A stretch of DNA of 64,000 bases from Gemmatimonadota bacterium (GCA_036679605.1 JAZDCZ010000289.1:32001-96000); one strand, 5' to 3'; shown: positions 50,894 through 61,830, numbered from the stretch's first letter. Notes: a model not told the origin generated them from the letters alone. Translations and numbers: made by a program.

Positions 50894-51005
50894 GGTGCCA
50901 ACTCCGAAATGATTGAGCAATAAGAATGACGATTCTCAGTGCGTTTTGTCAGGGGCAACGAGCCCGCTTGAGAAAGTCATGCTCCTGTGCGACTTTGAGT
51001 CTCCC

Positions 51006-51077
51006 GGCGCCGTGGCCAAGTGGTAAGGCGGAGGTCTGCAAAACCTCTATTCGGCAGTTCGAATCTGCCCGGCGCCT
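51006..51077 (+). tRNA. tRNA-Cys (GCA)
   Basis: Acceptor GGCGCCG/CGGCGCC, D arm GCC-AAGTGGTAA-GGC, anticodon arm GAGGT-CTGCAAA-ACCTC, T arm GGCAG-TTCGAAT-CTGCC, U discriminator. CCA not encoded. Confidence 0.97.
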
Positions 51078-51175
51078 CTCCGCTCGCTTTGCGAGCGATC
51101 GTGGGCCGCACAGCTTCGGTCAACGCCGCTCGTCTCTGACTCGCGGCTTACGGTCGAATCTGCCCGGCGCCTCTC
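51059..51175 (+). repeat. 22-bp direct repeat of the tRNA-Cys 3' end
   Basis: TCGAATCTGCCCGGCGCCTCTC at 51059-51080 and 51154-51175. Confidence 0.9.
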
Positions 51176-51231
51176 TGCAGGTCTCGTTATGTGAATGATG
51201 CGACCAGGAAGGTCGTCGGGATTTGCCGACC

Positions 51232-51648
51232 CTATGTCCGAGGTCGCTCAAGGACCGCTACGACTTTTCCATACTCCGTGCCTACCAGTCCCTCGAGTTC
51301 GTGGGCAATGTCGACATTTGGGCCAAGCTTGCTGCTCCACATGCCGCTCCGGAGTTGCCTCGCTGCGTGTTTCAGACTGTCCCCAACCGCATAGATTGCA
51401 ATCTTCTCCTTGTCGGGTTGGTGGCTGGGAGAATCACACGGGACGTAGCCGAACAAACCAAGAACTTCAATGAACGCTTCAATCGTCGCCTTCCTGGTCA
51501 CCTGTGCGGGCCAGTAGCCCAGACGGTGGGGCCACCAGTTCCGGGATTTGTCGCCGACTGCCCAAGCAATGCAGTTGTACTTTCTGTCTGGCGGGCTCGT
51601 CAATCCGTAGAGGGTAGTCCTGAGCTTTGGGAAGGACTTCTCTAGCAT
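51232..51648 (-). CDS. small papain-like Cys/His protein (DUF7689-like from memory)
   Basis: YNCIAWAVGD..WWP..YWP, KIAIYA, HAARQL, WSSKLG..DIAH, YG. Confidence 0.78.
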   Translation of the reverse strand: MLEKSFPKLRTTLYGLTSPPDRKYNCIAWAVGDKSRNWWPHRLGYWPAQVTRKATIEAFIEVLGLFGYVPCDSPSHQPDKEKIAIYAVGDSLKHAARQLRSGMWSSKLGPNVDIAHELEGLVGTEYGKVVAVLERPRT

Positions 51649-51651
51649 ATT

Positions 51652-52080
51652 CTAATCGTAGAAATACCTCACAGTTTTCCCCCATTCGATCCATGCCTCT
51701 GTCATTCGGTCAAGGTCTCCCCTATCGGTTGCGTTGACGGGATCGGCGCCGGTCAATGCGCTAAGGGCCCAGAACCACTGATTCGGTTCGCGCCGTAGTT
51801 CGTGGAGGATCAGTGGGATCACCTCGGGTCCCAGACCAATGATCTGCTGATAGGCGGGGTTCATCACGATCTCGTCAAGCGACGACGTGAAGGCTGTCAC
51901 AAGTCGCCATGTTTCGGCAAGGTCTCGGAACTGCGACGCCAATGGCCTGCGTGAGACAGGCTCTCCAAAGTGAATGCTAGCTGCTCGCAGATCCTTCTCC
52001 ACAAGAGCGTAGTCATTTCCGGCACCCGTCGAAGCTGGCTCGTCAAGAGCGAACCGATCGATTCCCGTATAGGCAGTCAT
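51652..52080 (-). CDS. hypothetical helical protein
   Basis: Start moved to ATG 52080 (ATGA overlap). F..LAETW..T...SS...IVMNPAYQQIIGLG..VIPLIL.EL...P..WFWAL..LTG.DPV. Confidence 0.8.
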   Translation of the reverse strand: MTAYTGIDRFALDEPASTGAGNDYALVEKDLRAASIHFGEPVSRRPLASQFRDLAETWRLVTAFTSSLDEIVMNPAYQQIIGLGPEVIPLILHELRREPNQWFWALSALTGADPVNATDRGDLDRMTEAWIEWGKTVRYFYD

Positions 52081-52850
52081 TTGAATAACTCCTTTGCCTT
52101 GTCGGTGAAGCTGAGCGTGAAAATCTCGTTCTTTAGCGTTCTGAGTTCTTCCAAGGCATCCCAAACCTGGTCGCTGTCCGGATCATACTTACCCTCACGG
52201 AACACATCGACATCGAAAATCAGGGCAAAAATATTCGGCGACGGTGCCTTGGGATCTACCGTTTCTGTGATGATGGCTGTGCCTCTCCCTTTCGTATCTG
52301 GTACAACCAACCGCATGAAAAAGTTCGGGAGCTGCTGAGAAATGCCCTCCGCAATCTCTGGTGCTGTCAAGAAATAGTCCTTGAAAGCCAGTCCTGCCGC
52401 AGGTACAGGAATCTCGACACGGTTGATGTACCGCAGGGCGATTCTTGTGACCGCCGTGGGCTTAAAAGTCTGCCAGTAGGTGTCCCACAACCGCCGCGCT
52501 TCATCCCGCAGAGCTGCCCACGTCTCGTAAGGTCGTAGTCGGCTGAACCCAAAAAGATCTACGCGGGGCTGGACCACGCAAAGACCATCAGCAGATTTCA
52601 GCAGGAATCCGATCGGGGTCCCAGAACCCTCAGTACTGACCTCCTTCTTTTCTTTGTCGAAGTGGATGTTGGCCTCGACATTCATTCTGACACTCTTTTC
52701 GGGATACTCCGATGCGATGGCTTGGACGAATGAATCCAGATCATCGAAGTGGATGTCGGGCGGGTTTGTCACGCGAAGTTCCAGAACGGCTTCCGTTATC
52801 GGTGCGTTCGGAAAGTGAAGCTCAGTGTCCAGCTGGGTGGGGTGCGCCAC
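52077..52850 (-). CDS. TIGR04255 family protein
   Basis: FPNAPITEAVLELR, RPYETW, VTRIALRYINRV, FDVDVF, LRTLKNEIF..SFTD. Confidence 0.85.
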   Translation of the reverse strand: MAHPTQLDTELHFPNAPITEAVLELRVTNPPDIHFDDLDSFVQAIASEYPEKSVRMNVEANIHFDKEKKEVSTEGSGTPIGFLLKSADGLCVVQPRVDLFGFSRLRPYETWAALRDEARRLWDTYWQTFKPTAVTRIALRYINRVEIPVPAAGLAFKDYFLTAPEIAEGISQQLPNFFMRLVVPDTKGRGTAIITETVDPKAPSPNIFALIFDVDVFREGKYDPDSDQVWDALEELRTLKNEIFTLSFTDKAKELFK

Positions 52851-52923
52851 AGACTATAATCTGCTCACTTCTATCACCGAAGACAAGTCGACTTGCTAGT
52901 CATTGAACGACAGTCCCACAATC

Positions 52924-54120
52924 TCAACGGTATTTCTTCACCACAGCCGCCAGAACCTCAATAGCCTCATGTAACTGCTGGTCTGACAGATACGGTGCGG
53001 GCCCCAGTCTCAGGGTGTCGCCTCGATTGTCCGCGAGAACACCGGCCTCGTTCAGGCCTTGCCGAATCGATTCTGCCAGCGGCGACCGCAGAGCTAGAAA
53101 TCCGCCGATCCCACTGAGATCAATGCTCTTGTCGCGAGATATGATTGCCTCGTCGAGATCTGCGTCATCGAACGATCGAGCCAATAAGGCCACCTGGTGT
53201 TGGCTCACCTGTCGCAGGAAATTAGGCGTCAACTGCTCACGCTCGAAGAAGTCGAACACTTCGCTCGCACGGTAATGGCTCGTGGGGTCATAGGTTGCTC
53301 CGGCAAACCGGTCCGCACCGTCGGCGTATTGAACGAGTTTGCCGGTCTCGGTCTCGCTCATGCTACCGAACTCGCCGAACCATCCGGTAATGACGGGCCG
53401 CATCCTGCATCCTGCGGGAACGCGCAGAAAACAATTACCCTCTCCGAGTTGACAGTACTTGTATCCGCCACCAACCACGAACGCCCCTGCGAGTCGCTCC
53501 TTCCCCAGAGAGAAGGGCAGCACGTTCAGTGCATGGTATGCGTCCACGAGTAGCTCGGCTCCCACTTTCTGACAGGCTGATAGGACATCCCCCAAGCCGG
53601 GTACGATGTGTGCGTTCTGAAACAGAATTGCCGAGACCATCACTGCGGCTGTGCGATCGTCCACGGCCTCGCAGAGCCGCGCCGAAAGAGTCTTCGCAGG
53701 CAGAGCCGCGATCTTCTCCACTCGGATGTTCTCTTCGGAGAGGCGGTCAAGCTGACGTCGCAGTGTATGAAATTCACCATCGGTAGTTATGATCTTGGGG
53801 CGGTCTCGCAGGGGTATGGCCGAGATGAACCGCAATATGAGATCGTGGGTGTTTTGTGCCAGTGCGATGTCTCCCCCATCGTCGTCCAACAGCCTAGCGA
53901 ACCCCCTACGTACCCGCTCTGCCTTTTCAAACGCGCGATCCCACTTCTCGTCGGCGCACTCGGCGGCATCCAGCCATGCCTGCTTCTGACCTTCAAATCC
54001 GCAATCGGGCCATGCCTGATGTGAGTGGCCGGTAAGCCGCAGGCTCTCAGTAACACGGAACCTGCTGTAATGCTGAGCCAGCCGGTTCAGGGTTCGGTAG
54101 AGATCGGATGGATCCATCAC
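52924..54120 (-). CDS. kynU: kynureninase (class V PLP enzyme)
   Basis: LTGHSHQAWPD, GEFHT, LVDAYH, GGGYKYCQLGEG, GWF, LRLGPAPY. Next to TDO. Confidence 0.85.
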   Translation of the reverse strand: MMDPSDLYRTLNRLAQHYSRFRVTESLRLTGHSHQAWPDCGFEGQKQAWLDAAECADEKWDRAFEKAERVRRGFARLLDDDGGDIALAQNTHDLILRFISAIPLRDRPKIITTDGEFHTLRRQLDRLSEENIRVEKIAALPAKTLSARLCEAVDDRTAAVMVSAILFQNAHIVPGLGDVLSACQKVGAELLVDAYHALNVLPFSLGKERLAGAFVVGGGYKYCQLGEGNCFLRVPAGCRMRPVITGWFGEFGSMSETETGKLVQYADGADRFAGATYDPTSHYRASEVFDFFEREQLTPNFLRQVSQHQVALLARSFDDADLDEAIISRDKSIDLSGIGGFLALRSPLAESIRQGLNEAGVLADNRGDTLRLGPAPYLSDQQLHEAIEVLAAVVKKYR

Positions 54121-54124
54121 GCCG

Positions 54125-54907
54125 TCATAGGTCGGTTCGAATTGCCCACAGGTCGGGGAAGGCCGGCTTGAAGAGTGTAGTCTTGAGGTAGTCCGCTCCG
54201 TCGGAGCCCCCGGTGCCTTCCTTTGTGCCGATGGTTCGCTGCACCATCTTCACATGACGGTAACGCCACTCCTGAATCCCCTCGTCAAAATCCACCAAAC
54301 GCTCGCACAATTGTGTGGTCAACGGGTCGTTGCGGTAAATGTCGACCAACTGTCGCTGCACGGCAGGGGATGGTTTGGTCGATTCAGTGGGGTCGGCATT
54401 CAGTAAATCCGCCGGCAACTCGTAACCGATGTTGGCGAGGTACTTCAAGAAGGTCAGCCAAAGGGACGGCTTGCGAAAGCGGATATCTAGACGCTGCCGG
54501 TCACTCGAGTCCGCGTTGAATCTCTCGAGCGCCTCGCGATTCTTGAGTCCGAGTGTGAACTCCAGTTCGCGGAACTGACATGACTGAAACCCGCTACCCG
54601 ATTCGAGTCGCTCTCTGAAGGAGAGGAAGTCAAGTGGCGTCATGGTCTCCAGTATGTCCAGTTGTGCTACCAATACCTTGAGGATCGTTAGCACGCGCTT
54701 CATACCCTTCAGAACAGGTGGTGTAGCGCCGGCGTCCAGGCGCGCCATTATGTAGTCGAGTTCGTGGAGTATCTCCTTAAACCACAGTTCGTAGACCTGA
54801 TGGACGACGATGAACAGCATTTCATCGTGCTCCAGGTCTTCAGATCGCGGCTGTTGCAGAGATAGGAGTTCGTCTAATTGCAGGTAGCTGGAATATGTCA
54901 CCGGCAT
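54125..54907 (-). CDS. kynA: tryptophan 2,3-dioxygenase
   Basis: YSSYLQLDELL, HDEMLFIVVHQVYELWFK, SGFQS.QFRELE, WRYRH, RTIG.K.GTGGSDG. Confidence 0.95.
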   Translation of the reverse strand: MPVTYSSYLQLDELLSLQQPRSEDLEHDEMLFIVVHQVYELWFKEILHELDYIMARLDAGATPPVLKGMKRVLTILKVLVAQLDILETMTPLDFLSFRERLESGSGFQSCQFRELEFTLGLKNREALERFNADSSDRQRLDIRFRKPSLWLTFLKYLANIGYELPADLLNADPTESTKPSPAVQRQLVDIYRNDPLTTQLCERLVDFDEGIQEWRYRHVKMVQRTIGTKEGTGGSDGADYLKTTLFKPAFPDLWAIRTDL

Positions 54908-54946
54908 GGATACACCCGTTGTTGATGGCCTGAATGTTGACTTCGA

Positions 54947-57199
54947 TTACTTGAAGCGTGGTGTGTATTCGTTCAATGATGAGTACTGATCGGGCCACCG
55001 AAGTTCATGGCCCAGTTCGTAAGCGGCATGTCGAGTCCAGTACGGATTCCACAGGTGCGCGCGCGCCATCACACACAGATCGGCTCGGCCCGCCGCCAGG
55101 ATACTGTTCACGTCCTCGTACGAAGATATGTTGCCGACAGCCATTGTTGGAATTCCGACCTCGTGCCTGACCCGGTCGCTGAATGGTGTCTGAAACTGAC
55201 GCCCATAAACCGGCTGTGCGTCGGGAACCGTCTGTCCGGCGGAGACGTCGATTATGTCGCAACCGTGTTCCTTTAGCAGCCGGGCTACGTCGACCGCATC
55301 ATGTGGCTCTACTCCACCCGGGGCCCAGTCGGTTGCCGAGATACGTACGGAGATAGGCTTGTGCGCTGGCCAAGACGCACGTACTGCGTCAAACACATCG
55401 AGTGGGAATCTCATCCGGCGTTCTAGGTCGCCACCGTATTCATCGGTGCGGAGGTTCGTGAGTGGCGAGATGAAGCTGCCAAGTAGGTAACCGTGGGCGA
55501 AATGTACCTCCAGCATGTCGAAGCCGGCCTCTTCCGCCATGTCGGCGGCACGGACGAACGATGCTCGCACGTCGTCCATGTCGGACCTTGTCATCTCGAT
55601 CGGAACTTGGCTGTGATCGAAGTAGGGCACTGCTGACGGTGCCATGATGGGCCAGTTTCCTTTGGTGAGCGGTTCGTCCATTCCCTCCCACAATATGCGC
55701 GTCGAACCCTTCCGTCCGGCATGCCCCAACTGTAGGCCGATTCTTGCATAACTATGCTGGTGAACGAAGTCCGTTATGCGTCTCCACTGGATGACGTGAT
55801 CGGGACTGTAGATGCCGGCGCATCCGGGCGATATGCGCGCGTCGGCGCTGATGTCGGTCATCTCCGCGATCACAAGCCCGGCGCCGCCGACGGCCCGTGC
55901 GCCCAAGTGAACAAGATGCCAGTCATTGGGAGTGCCGTCCTGTGCGCTGTATTGACACATGGGGGAAACAACGACGCGATTGACGAGACGCATGTCCCTT
56001 AGCCTGAAAGGCGTAAAGAGCGGAGGCGGAACACGTTCAGGCCGACTCTGATAATGTCCCTCGGCGATGGCACGCTCTGTAAACCACGTGTCTACATTGT
56101 CGATGAATTTAGGATCACGAAGTCTCAAGCTTTCATGCGTGATCCGCAGACTTCGCGTGAGCAAGTTGAACGCAAATTGTGTTGGGTCCAGGTCCATATA
56201 GCGTTCTGTATCCTCAAACCACTGTAAACTCACCTGCGCTGCCCGCTGCAAGCTTTCAACTTCTGGCCGGCGCCGCTCTTCGTACTCAGCCAATGCATCG
56301 GAGAGCGTGTCATGCGAATCAAGAGCGGCAGCAAGTGCTATGCAGTCCTCCATTGCTAGTTTCGTTCCCGATCCAACCGAGAAATGAGCCGTGTGGGCGG
56401 CATCGCCCAGCAGAACAACGTTGTCGTATGACCACCGCTCATTCTTAATGGTTGGGAAATTACGCCAAATCGACTTGTTCTTCAGTAATCGGTGACCTTC
56501 TAACTCTTCAGCGAGCAAATTCTCGCAGAACTCGAGGGTTCGATCTTCATCCTCTTCCTCAATGCCGGTAGCGCGCCATGCACTCTCAGTAGTCTCTACG
56601 ATGACTGTGGAGTGGCCGGGCTCATACTGGTACGCATGTATGCGCCATAGCCCATGTTCGTCTTGCTTGAAGTAGAAGGTGAATGCATCGAAAGATCGCG
56701 TGCTGCCGAGCCATACGAACTTGTTCGGTCTCCAGTCGATGTTGGGCCGAAAAGCGTCACTGTACTTGGCTCGTATGGTGCTGTTGAAACCGTCTGCAGC
56801 GACGACGAGATCGGCGTCACGATATTTGTCTGGGTCGGTGACCGGTGTCTCAAATTGCAGCTTTACACCGAGTTCATGACAGCGGTACGCTAGGATCAAC
56901 AGGAGTTTCTGCCGAGACATGCCACTGAATCCGTGTCCCGACGATGTAATGAGTTGACCTTTGTAATGAACGTCTACGTTGTCCCAGCGTGCGACATGTC
57001 GCATCATTTCATCGTGCGTTGCACGATCGGCGGCCGCCAGGTTGTCCTGAGTGGCGTCGGAAAAAACCACACCAAACCCAAAGGTATCGTCCAGGCGATT
57101 CTGTTCTACGACGGTGATATCGTACGTAGGGTGTGCCTTCTTCATTATGACCGCGAAATACAGCCCAGCCGCGCCACCTCCAATGCACACGATTTTCAT
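54947..57199 (-). CDS. abmA: anthraniloyl-CoA monooxygenase/reductase (salicylyl-CoA 5-hydroxylase family)
   Basis: N-terminal FAD monooxygenase ([37 protein letters not shown]) fused to an OYE barrel ([20 protein letters not shown]). Confidence 0.9.
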   Translation of the reverse strand: MKIVCIGGGAAGLYFAVIMKKAHPTYDITVVEQNRLDDTFGFGVVFSDATQDNLAAADRATHDEMMRHVARWDNVDVHYKGQLITSSGHGFSGMSRQKLLLILAYRCHELGVKLQFETPVTDPDKYRDADLVVAADGFNSTIRAKYSDAFRPNIDWRPNKFVWLGSTRSFDAFTFYFKQDEHGLWRIHAYQYEPGHSTVIVETTESAWRATGIEEEDEDRTLEFCENLLAEELEGHRLLKNKSIWRNFPTIKNERWSYDNVVLLGDAAHTAHFSVGSGTKLAMEDCIALAAALDSHDTLSDALAEYEERRRPEVESLQRAAQVSLQWFEDTERYMDLDPTQFAFNLLTRSLRITHESLRLRDPKFIDNVDTWFTERAIAEGHYQSRPERVPPPLFTPFRLRDMRLVNRVVVSPMCQYSAQDGTPNDWHLVHLGARAVGGAGLVIAEMTDISADARISPGCAGIYSPDHVIQWRRITDFVHQHSYARIGLQLGHAGRKGSTRILWEGMDEPLTKGNWPIMAPSAVPYFDHSQVPIEMTRSDMDDVRASFVRAADMAEEAGFDMLEVHFAHGYLLGSFISPLTNLRTDEYGGDLERRMRFPLDVFDAVRASWPAHKPISVRISATDWAPGGVEPHDAVDVARLLKEHGCDIIDVSAGQTVPDAQPVYGRQFQTPFSDRVRHEVGIPTMAVGNISSYEDVNSILAAGRADLCVMARAHLWNPYWTRHAAYELGHELRWPDQYSSLNEYTPRFK

Positions 57200-58668
57200 A
57201 GATCGTCAGTCGCAGGTGGCGCCGACAGGTTCCTGGTGCGAGGCGCAACGAGACGACGCTTCGCTTCGTCCGTCAACGAGATGTTGGGTTCGTCTAGGTC
57301 GATACGGTCCCATAGCTTACATGTCACTTTCTTGTGTACCTGATCGAGCCCTTCACAGTAGTTAGTGAACGAACATCGGCGGATCTCGTCACCTCGGCCA
57401 AGTTTGATCTTCAAGAACCAATCGGGGTCGGCCAACGTCTGGCGGGCCGAAGCTACAATATCTGCCTCGCCGCGCTCTAGGATGCGTTCTGCTTGATCCA
57501 GAGTGCTGATGCCGCCTGATACCACGACAGGTGTCTGGTACCCCTCGTTGTGGAGTGCCATGCGGACTGTCGCTGTCGCGGCAACGTTCCGACCGAAGGG
57601 TCCGGCATCATCCGACCTAACGGTCGGCATGCATTCGTAACCGCTGGGCCCAGTGTATGGATAAGCTGCCCAACCGATCTTCGGTTGCTTTGCGTCCTCG
57701 AATTTCCCGCCGCGGGAAAGCGAAAGGTAATCCATTCCTGCATCAGCAAACTGTACTGCGAAATATGCCGCATCATCGATCGTGCTTCCGCCCGGGATAC
57801 ACTCCTCCGTCAGATAGCGACACCCGACCACGAACTGGCTAGATACCGCGTTCTTTACCGCATGAAACACCTCAAGTGGTAACCGAACGCGGTTAGCGAG
57901 CGACCCTCCATAGTTATCAGCGCGGTCGTTCAAAGCCGATAGAAACGAAGCCATGGTGTAGGCGTGGGCGTAGTGTAACTCGACGCCGTGAAAGTCGCAC
58001 GCCTCGGCCCGCTTGGCCGCTGCGCTGAATGTACTGGGCAATGTCATAGGAAGGTCGCGAATGTGCGGCCTATCCAGATCCGTGACACGTTCCCGGTAGC
58101 CAAATCTCAGGGACTCCAATTCACGATCCGAGAGGACGCCCGACAAATCTTCGTCGGCTAGCGCTAGTAACTCTAGCCGTATTTCTTCATCTGATCCGGC
58201 AACAACGCGACGGTGTGCGTCAGTGATCTCCAGATACTTTCCCAGAAAGAGTTCCTTAGTAGGACGTCTCCGGATGACCTGAAAGTCTATGATCTGGATG
58301 AAGAGCTTGGTGCGGTCGTGACTGGCTTTCCTTACCGTCGCGGCGAGACGCTTGAGTCCTGGTACGAAACGATCGTGTCCGATCCTCAGTAGCGGGCCGC
58401 TCTTGATGTCACGTATCCCAGTTGCCTCCACGACGATGGCACCAGGCTGCCCCTCTGCCATGCGCTCGTACCAGTCGAGGATGTCCTGAGTTACATACCC
58501 CTCATCGGTTGCCCTCCACGGTACCATTGCAGGCACCCATGTGCGTTCGGCCAGCACCAAGTGACCGAGTCGTATTGGTTGAAACCACTTGGAGCTAGCT
58601 GCCTCCCGTTTGGTGGGCCACTGCGGCTCAGGTGTCGAGTGCTTGACTGGATTGGGTGGGTGCCACAT
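57196..58668 (-). CDS. NADH:flavin oxidoreductase (old yellow enzyme family)
   Basis: [53 protein letters not shown] Cys tail. Confidence 0.88.
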   Translation of the reverse strand: MWHPPNPVKHSTPEPQWPTKREAASSKWFQPIRLGHLVLAERTWVPAMVPWRATDEGYVTQDILDWYERMAEGQPGAIVVEATGIRDIKSGPLLRIGHDRFVPGLKRLAATVRKASHDRTKLFIQIIDFQVIRRRPTKELFLGKYLEITDAHRRVVAGSDEEIRLELLALADEDLSGVLSDRELESLRFGYRERVTDLDRPHIRDLPMTLPSTFSAAAKRAEACDFHGVELHYAHAYTMASFLSALNDRADNYGGSLANRVRLPLEVFHAVKNAVSSQFVVGCRYLTEECIPGGSTIDDAAYFAVQFADAGMDYLSLSRGGKFEDAKQPKIGWAAYPYTGPSGYECMPTVRSDDAGPFGRNVAATATVRMALHNEGYQTPVVVSGGISTLDQAERILERGEADIVASARQTLADPDWFLKIKLGRGDEIRRCSFTNYCEGLDQVHKKVTCKLWDRIDLDEPNISLTDEAKRRLVAPRTRNLSAPPATDDL

Positions 58669-59803
58669 CTGCGAGTAAATGTCGGGCTATGATCAACTGT
58701 TGGATTTCCGTGGTCCCCTCATAGATCCGGAGTGCACGAACCGCTCGATACAGCCGATCCACCGTACTGTCAGCGAGGATGCCACGACCACCAAGAATCT
58801 GTATCGAATCATCGACGATACGTTGAGCAGCTTCCGTTGCGAACGCTTTGGCCATGGAGGCCTCTACGGTTACCCGATCTGCTCCGTGGTCTTTCTCGAA
58901 CGCAGCCCGGTAGACTAATAGGCGGGCGGCCGTGAGATCCGTGGCCATTCGAGCAAGCTTCGCCTGCACTAGTTGGAAGTCGCCGAGCCTTGCGCCGAAT
59001 TGGCGTCGCGTAACTGCGTGGTTCAATGCCTCACTCAGGGCTCGCTCGGCGAGGCCACACGCAGCGGCTCCTACGGTGGCGCGCAAGCGATCGAGTGTAG
59101 CGAGCCCGATTTTGAAGCCACCGCCCTCATCACCCAGCATGCAATCTATCGAAATGCGACAGTCGCGAAACGCGATCTCACCGAGAGGATGTGGTTCGCT
59201 CATAATTTGCGAGCCCACGAACTCGAATCCGGGGGCATCAGCTGCGACGAGAAAACAGGAGATACCCTTGGCACCCTTTTTTGGGTCAGTAGATGCGAAG
59301 ACCACATAGAAGTCGGCGATGCCGGCATTGGAAATAAGCGTCTTACTGCCGTTCAGCAGGTAGTGGTCGCCATCCCGTGTGGCTACAGTGGTGAGTGCTG
59401 CTACGTCGGAGCCGGCCTCATGTTCGGTCATTGCAAAGGCGCCCATGGCTTCTCCTGCCAGCGCCCTTGGAAGCCAACGATCTTTGATTGCAGAATCTTC
59501 GATCAGGAGTAGCGGCGTGGTCCCCAGTGCCTGCAGCGCGAATACTGCATCGGCGAGAGGAGATTCATCGGCTAATGCCTCCCGTATGAGGCAGCAAGCC
59601 CTAAGGTCCTGATCGCCGATCGGCGCGAACCAACCGCTGTCTCCGAGGCTAGTCAGAATTGTGCGCGCATTCTCTCTGGCGGCGACGTCATCGGCAGCGT
59701 GGGAAATTTGTGCGATATCGTTGGCGGCGAACTCCGCTATCTGAGTTGCCAGCTCGAGGTGTCTGTCCTCGAGAAACGCCCGCACTGCATGTGTATCCGG
59801 CAC
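58628..59803 (-). CDS. acyl-CoA dehydrogenase
   Basis: FAMTEHEAGSD, LNGSKTLISN, RRQFG, QILGG.G, RIYEGTTEIQ. Start moved to GTG 59803. Confidence 0.93.
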   Translation of the reverse strand: MPDTHAVRAFLEDRHLELATQIAEFAANDIAQISHAADDVAARENARTILTSLGDSGWFAPIGDQDLRACCLIREALADESPLADAVFALQALGTTPLLLIEDSAIKDRWLPRALAGEAMGAFAMTEHEAGSDVAALTTVATRDGDHYLLNGSKTLISNAGIADFYVVFASTDPKKGAKGISCFLVAADAPGFEFVGSQIMSEPHPLGEIAFRDCRISIDCMLGDEGGGFKIGLATLDRLRATVGAAACGLAERALSEALNHAVTRRQFGARLGDFQLVQAKLARMATDLTAARLLVYRAAFEKDHGADRVTVEASMAKAFATEAAQRIVDDSIQILGGRGILADSTVDRLYRAVRALRIYEGTTEIQQLIIARHLLADVAPTQSSQALDT

Positions 59804-59810
59804 TCGTCGC

Positions 59811-60611
59811 TCAGGTAAACTTTGGGTCGCGCTTCGCCACGAACGCATCGTAGGACTCGCGAAAGTTAGGGCTGAGCATACAGCCGGCCTGCGCCTGCGC
59901 CTCTGCGTCCAGCGCAGTCACGAAATCCATCGCTGCTTCCTGGCTGAGCGAGGTCTTGGTCACACCGAGCGCGAAGGAGGGGCCTTTGGCCAGTTGCTCG
60001 GCAAAAGTTTTCGCTTCAGCGGCTAAATCATTTCTCGAGACGACTCTATTGTAGAGACCAATGCGGAGGGCCTCTTCGGCGCTGATGAACTCACCCGTCA
60101 TAAGTAATTCGCTAGCGCGTCCGAATCCTACGATACGAGGCAGGAGCCACGCGGCTCCCATATCTGCACCGGATAATCCGACGCGCGTAAAAAGAAATGC
60201 GATTTTTGCCGAGTCGGCAGCAATTCGGATGTCGCTCGCGATGGATATTACTGCCCCTGCGCCAGCTACTGTGCCGTTCAATGCAGCTACCACAGGACGT
60301 CGACATTGCCGAATTGCCAAGATCAAATCACAGGTCATTCTGGTAAATTCCAGCAGGCCCTCGTAGTCTCGTTGGAACAAAGCACCGATGATGTCTTCGA
60401 CGTCGCCGCCAGAGCAGAATGCCCGGCCCGCACCTGTTATGACAATCGCGCGTACCCCGGGTTCGGTGTCGAGTTGACGGAAGGTGTCGCGAAGTTCTCC
60501 GTAGCTATCGAAGGTCAATGCATTGAGGCGATCCGGTCTATTCAGAGTTATGGTGGCAACAGCGGTATCCGTGTTGTGCTCGTAGAGAAACGTTGCCGGT
60601 GTGAGAGCCAT
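59811..60611 (-). CDS. enoyl-CoA hydratase/isomerase family protein
   Basis: TLNRPDRLNAL, AFCSGGD, VAGAG, F..VGLSGADMG. Confidence 0.93.
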   Translation of the reverse strand: MALTPATFLYEHNTDTAVATITLNRPDRLNALTFDSYGELRDTFRQLDTEPGVRAIVITGAGRAFCSGGDVEDIIGALFQRDYEGLLEFTRMTCDLILAIRQCRRPVVAALNGTVAGAGAVISIASDIRIAADSAKIAFLFTRVGLSGADMGAAWLLPRIVGFGRASELLMTGEFISAEEALRIGLYNRVVSRNDLAAEAKTFAEQLAKGPSFALGVTKTSLSQEAAMDFVTALDAEAQAQAGCMLSPNFRESYDAFVAKRDPKFT

Positions 60612-60625
60612 TATGAGGGATCTCC

Positions 60626-61033
60626 TTAGTCGAATGGGATCACTGCAGTGGCCTCGATCTCGACCATCGCATTCTGCTCGAGCAAACCCTTGACCTGAAC
60701 CAAGGCCATAGCTGGGAAGTGACGTCCCATGAGGGCTCGGTACGCTTGACCCAATGGTTTCAAACTCGCTGTGTAGGCGTCCAAGTCGGTCACGTAAATA
60801 GTGAGTCGACCGATATGACTTGGCTGACCGCCGGCCTCGATGACTACGGACACTGCGTTTTCCAGGGCACGCTCGAATTGCTCGACGAATTCTTTTGCCA
60901 CCACGGTTCCCGTAGAATCGCTGGCCACTTGACCCGCGACGAACAGTATGCGTCCCCTAGCCGGCGCAAGCATACCGTTGTTCCAACCCTTGGGTGCGCC
61001 CAACGATTCCGGATTAATGATTTGGAATGTCAT
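60626..61033 (-). CDS. RidA/YjgF family protein
   Basis: Start moved to ATG 61033 (ATGA overlap). LFVAGQV, FPAMALVQV..L...VEIEATA. Confidence 0.9.
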   Translation of the reverse strand: MTFQIINPESLGAPKGWNNGMLAPARGRILFVAGQVASDSTGTVVAKEFVEQFERALENAVSVVIEAGGQPSHIGRLTIYVTDLDAYTASLKPLGQAYRALMGRHFPAMALVQVKGLLEQNAMVEIEATAVIPFD

Positions 61034-61830
61034 CCTAGGTAGCCACCTCCGTCCATGACTATGGCTTGGCCGTTGACGCTCTTGGCGTTGGGAGTACATA
61101 ACCACAGTGCGAGACTGGCCACCTCCTCCGGTGCAATCAGTCGCCTTTGCGGCGACGTGTCCAAGATCGCTGCCAAGGCTTCGTCTGCAGACATACCCGT
61201 GCTCGCTGTTATGCGCTCGACCGACTGACGTGTCATGTCGGTGTCGACGTATCCTGGACATATGGCGTTGACCGTGACATCACGATGGGCCGCCTCGGCA
61301 GCAACAGAACGCGTGAAACCCACAACGGCATGTTTTGAAGCACTGTACGCCGAGATATACTTAGCGCCCGATACTCCTGCCACCGAAGTAATGTTGACGA
61401 CGCGTCCCCAATTCTGTTCCATCATCTTGGGCAAGAACGCTTGGGTGCAGAGAAAGGTGCCGGTAGCGTTTACCGCCATCAGACGATTCCAATCATCGAG
61501 CGTTTGCTTCCGAAGCGGCGCTGACGTCGCAATTCCAGCATTGTTTACCAGAATGTCGATATGGTCAAGGTGTCCGTATGCGGCGCTTGCCATGTCCGCT
61601 ACACTGGACGGATCTGAGACATCGCACGGAACGGCCCAGGCATCGTGTCCTGCAGCTCGCAACTCTTCGACTAGTTGATCGAGTTGGCTCTGTGTCCTGG
61701 CTGTGACAATAACGGAGGCACCGGCCGCTGCCAGGGTCCTGGCCACAGCTTCTCCGATGCCTCGTCCACCACCTGTCACAAGGGCGGTCCGGTGGCCGAG
61801 TTGCGGGCGCGGCTCCATTGAATGACTCAT
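61030..61830 (-). CDS. SDR oxidoreductase (3-hydroxyacyl-CoA dehydrogenase-like)
   Basis: TGGGRGIG, NNAG, YSASK, ICPGYVDT. Confidence 0.93.
   Translation of the reverse strand: MSHSMEPRPQLGHRTALVTGGGRGIGEAVARTLAAAGASVIVTARTQSQLDQLVEELRAAGHDAWAVPCDVSDPSSVADMASAAYGHLDHIDILVNNAGIATSAPLRKQTLDDWNRLMAVNATGTFLCTQAFLPKMMEQNWGRVVNITSVAGVSGAKYISAYSASKHAVVGFTRSVAAEAAHRDVTVNAICPGYVDTDMTRQSVERITASTGMSADEALAAILDTSPQRRLIAPEEVASLALWLCTPNAKSVNGQAIVMDGGGYLG

Noticed and set aside
51081..51175. Second tRNA
   Set aside because: Only the T-loop and 3' acceptor half are repeated. No D or anticodon arm is present.
61034..61261. N-terminal extension of RidA
   Set aside because: It lies inside the SDR gene, and the ATGA overlap fixes the start at 61033.
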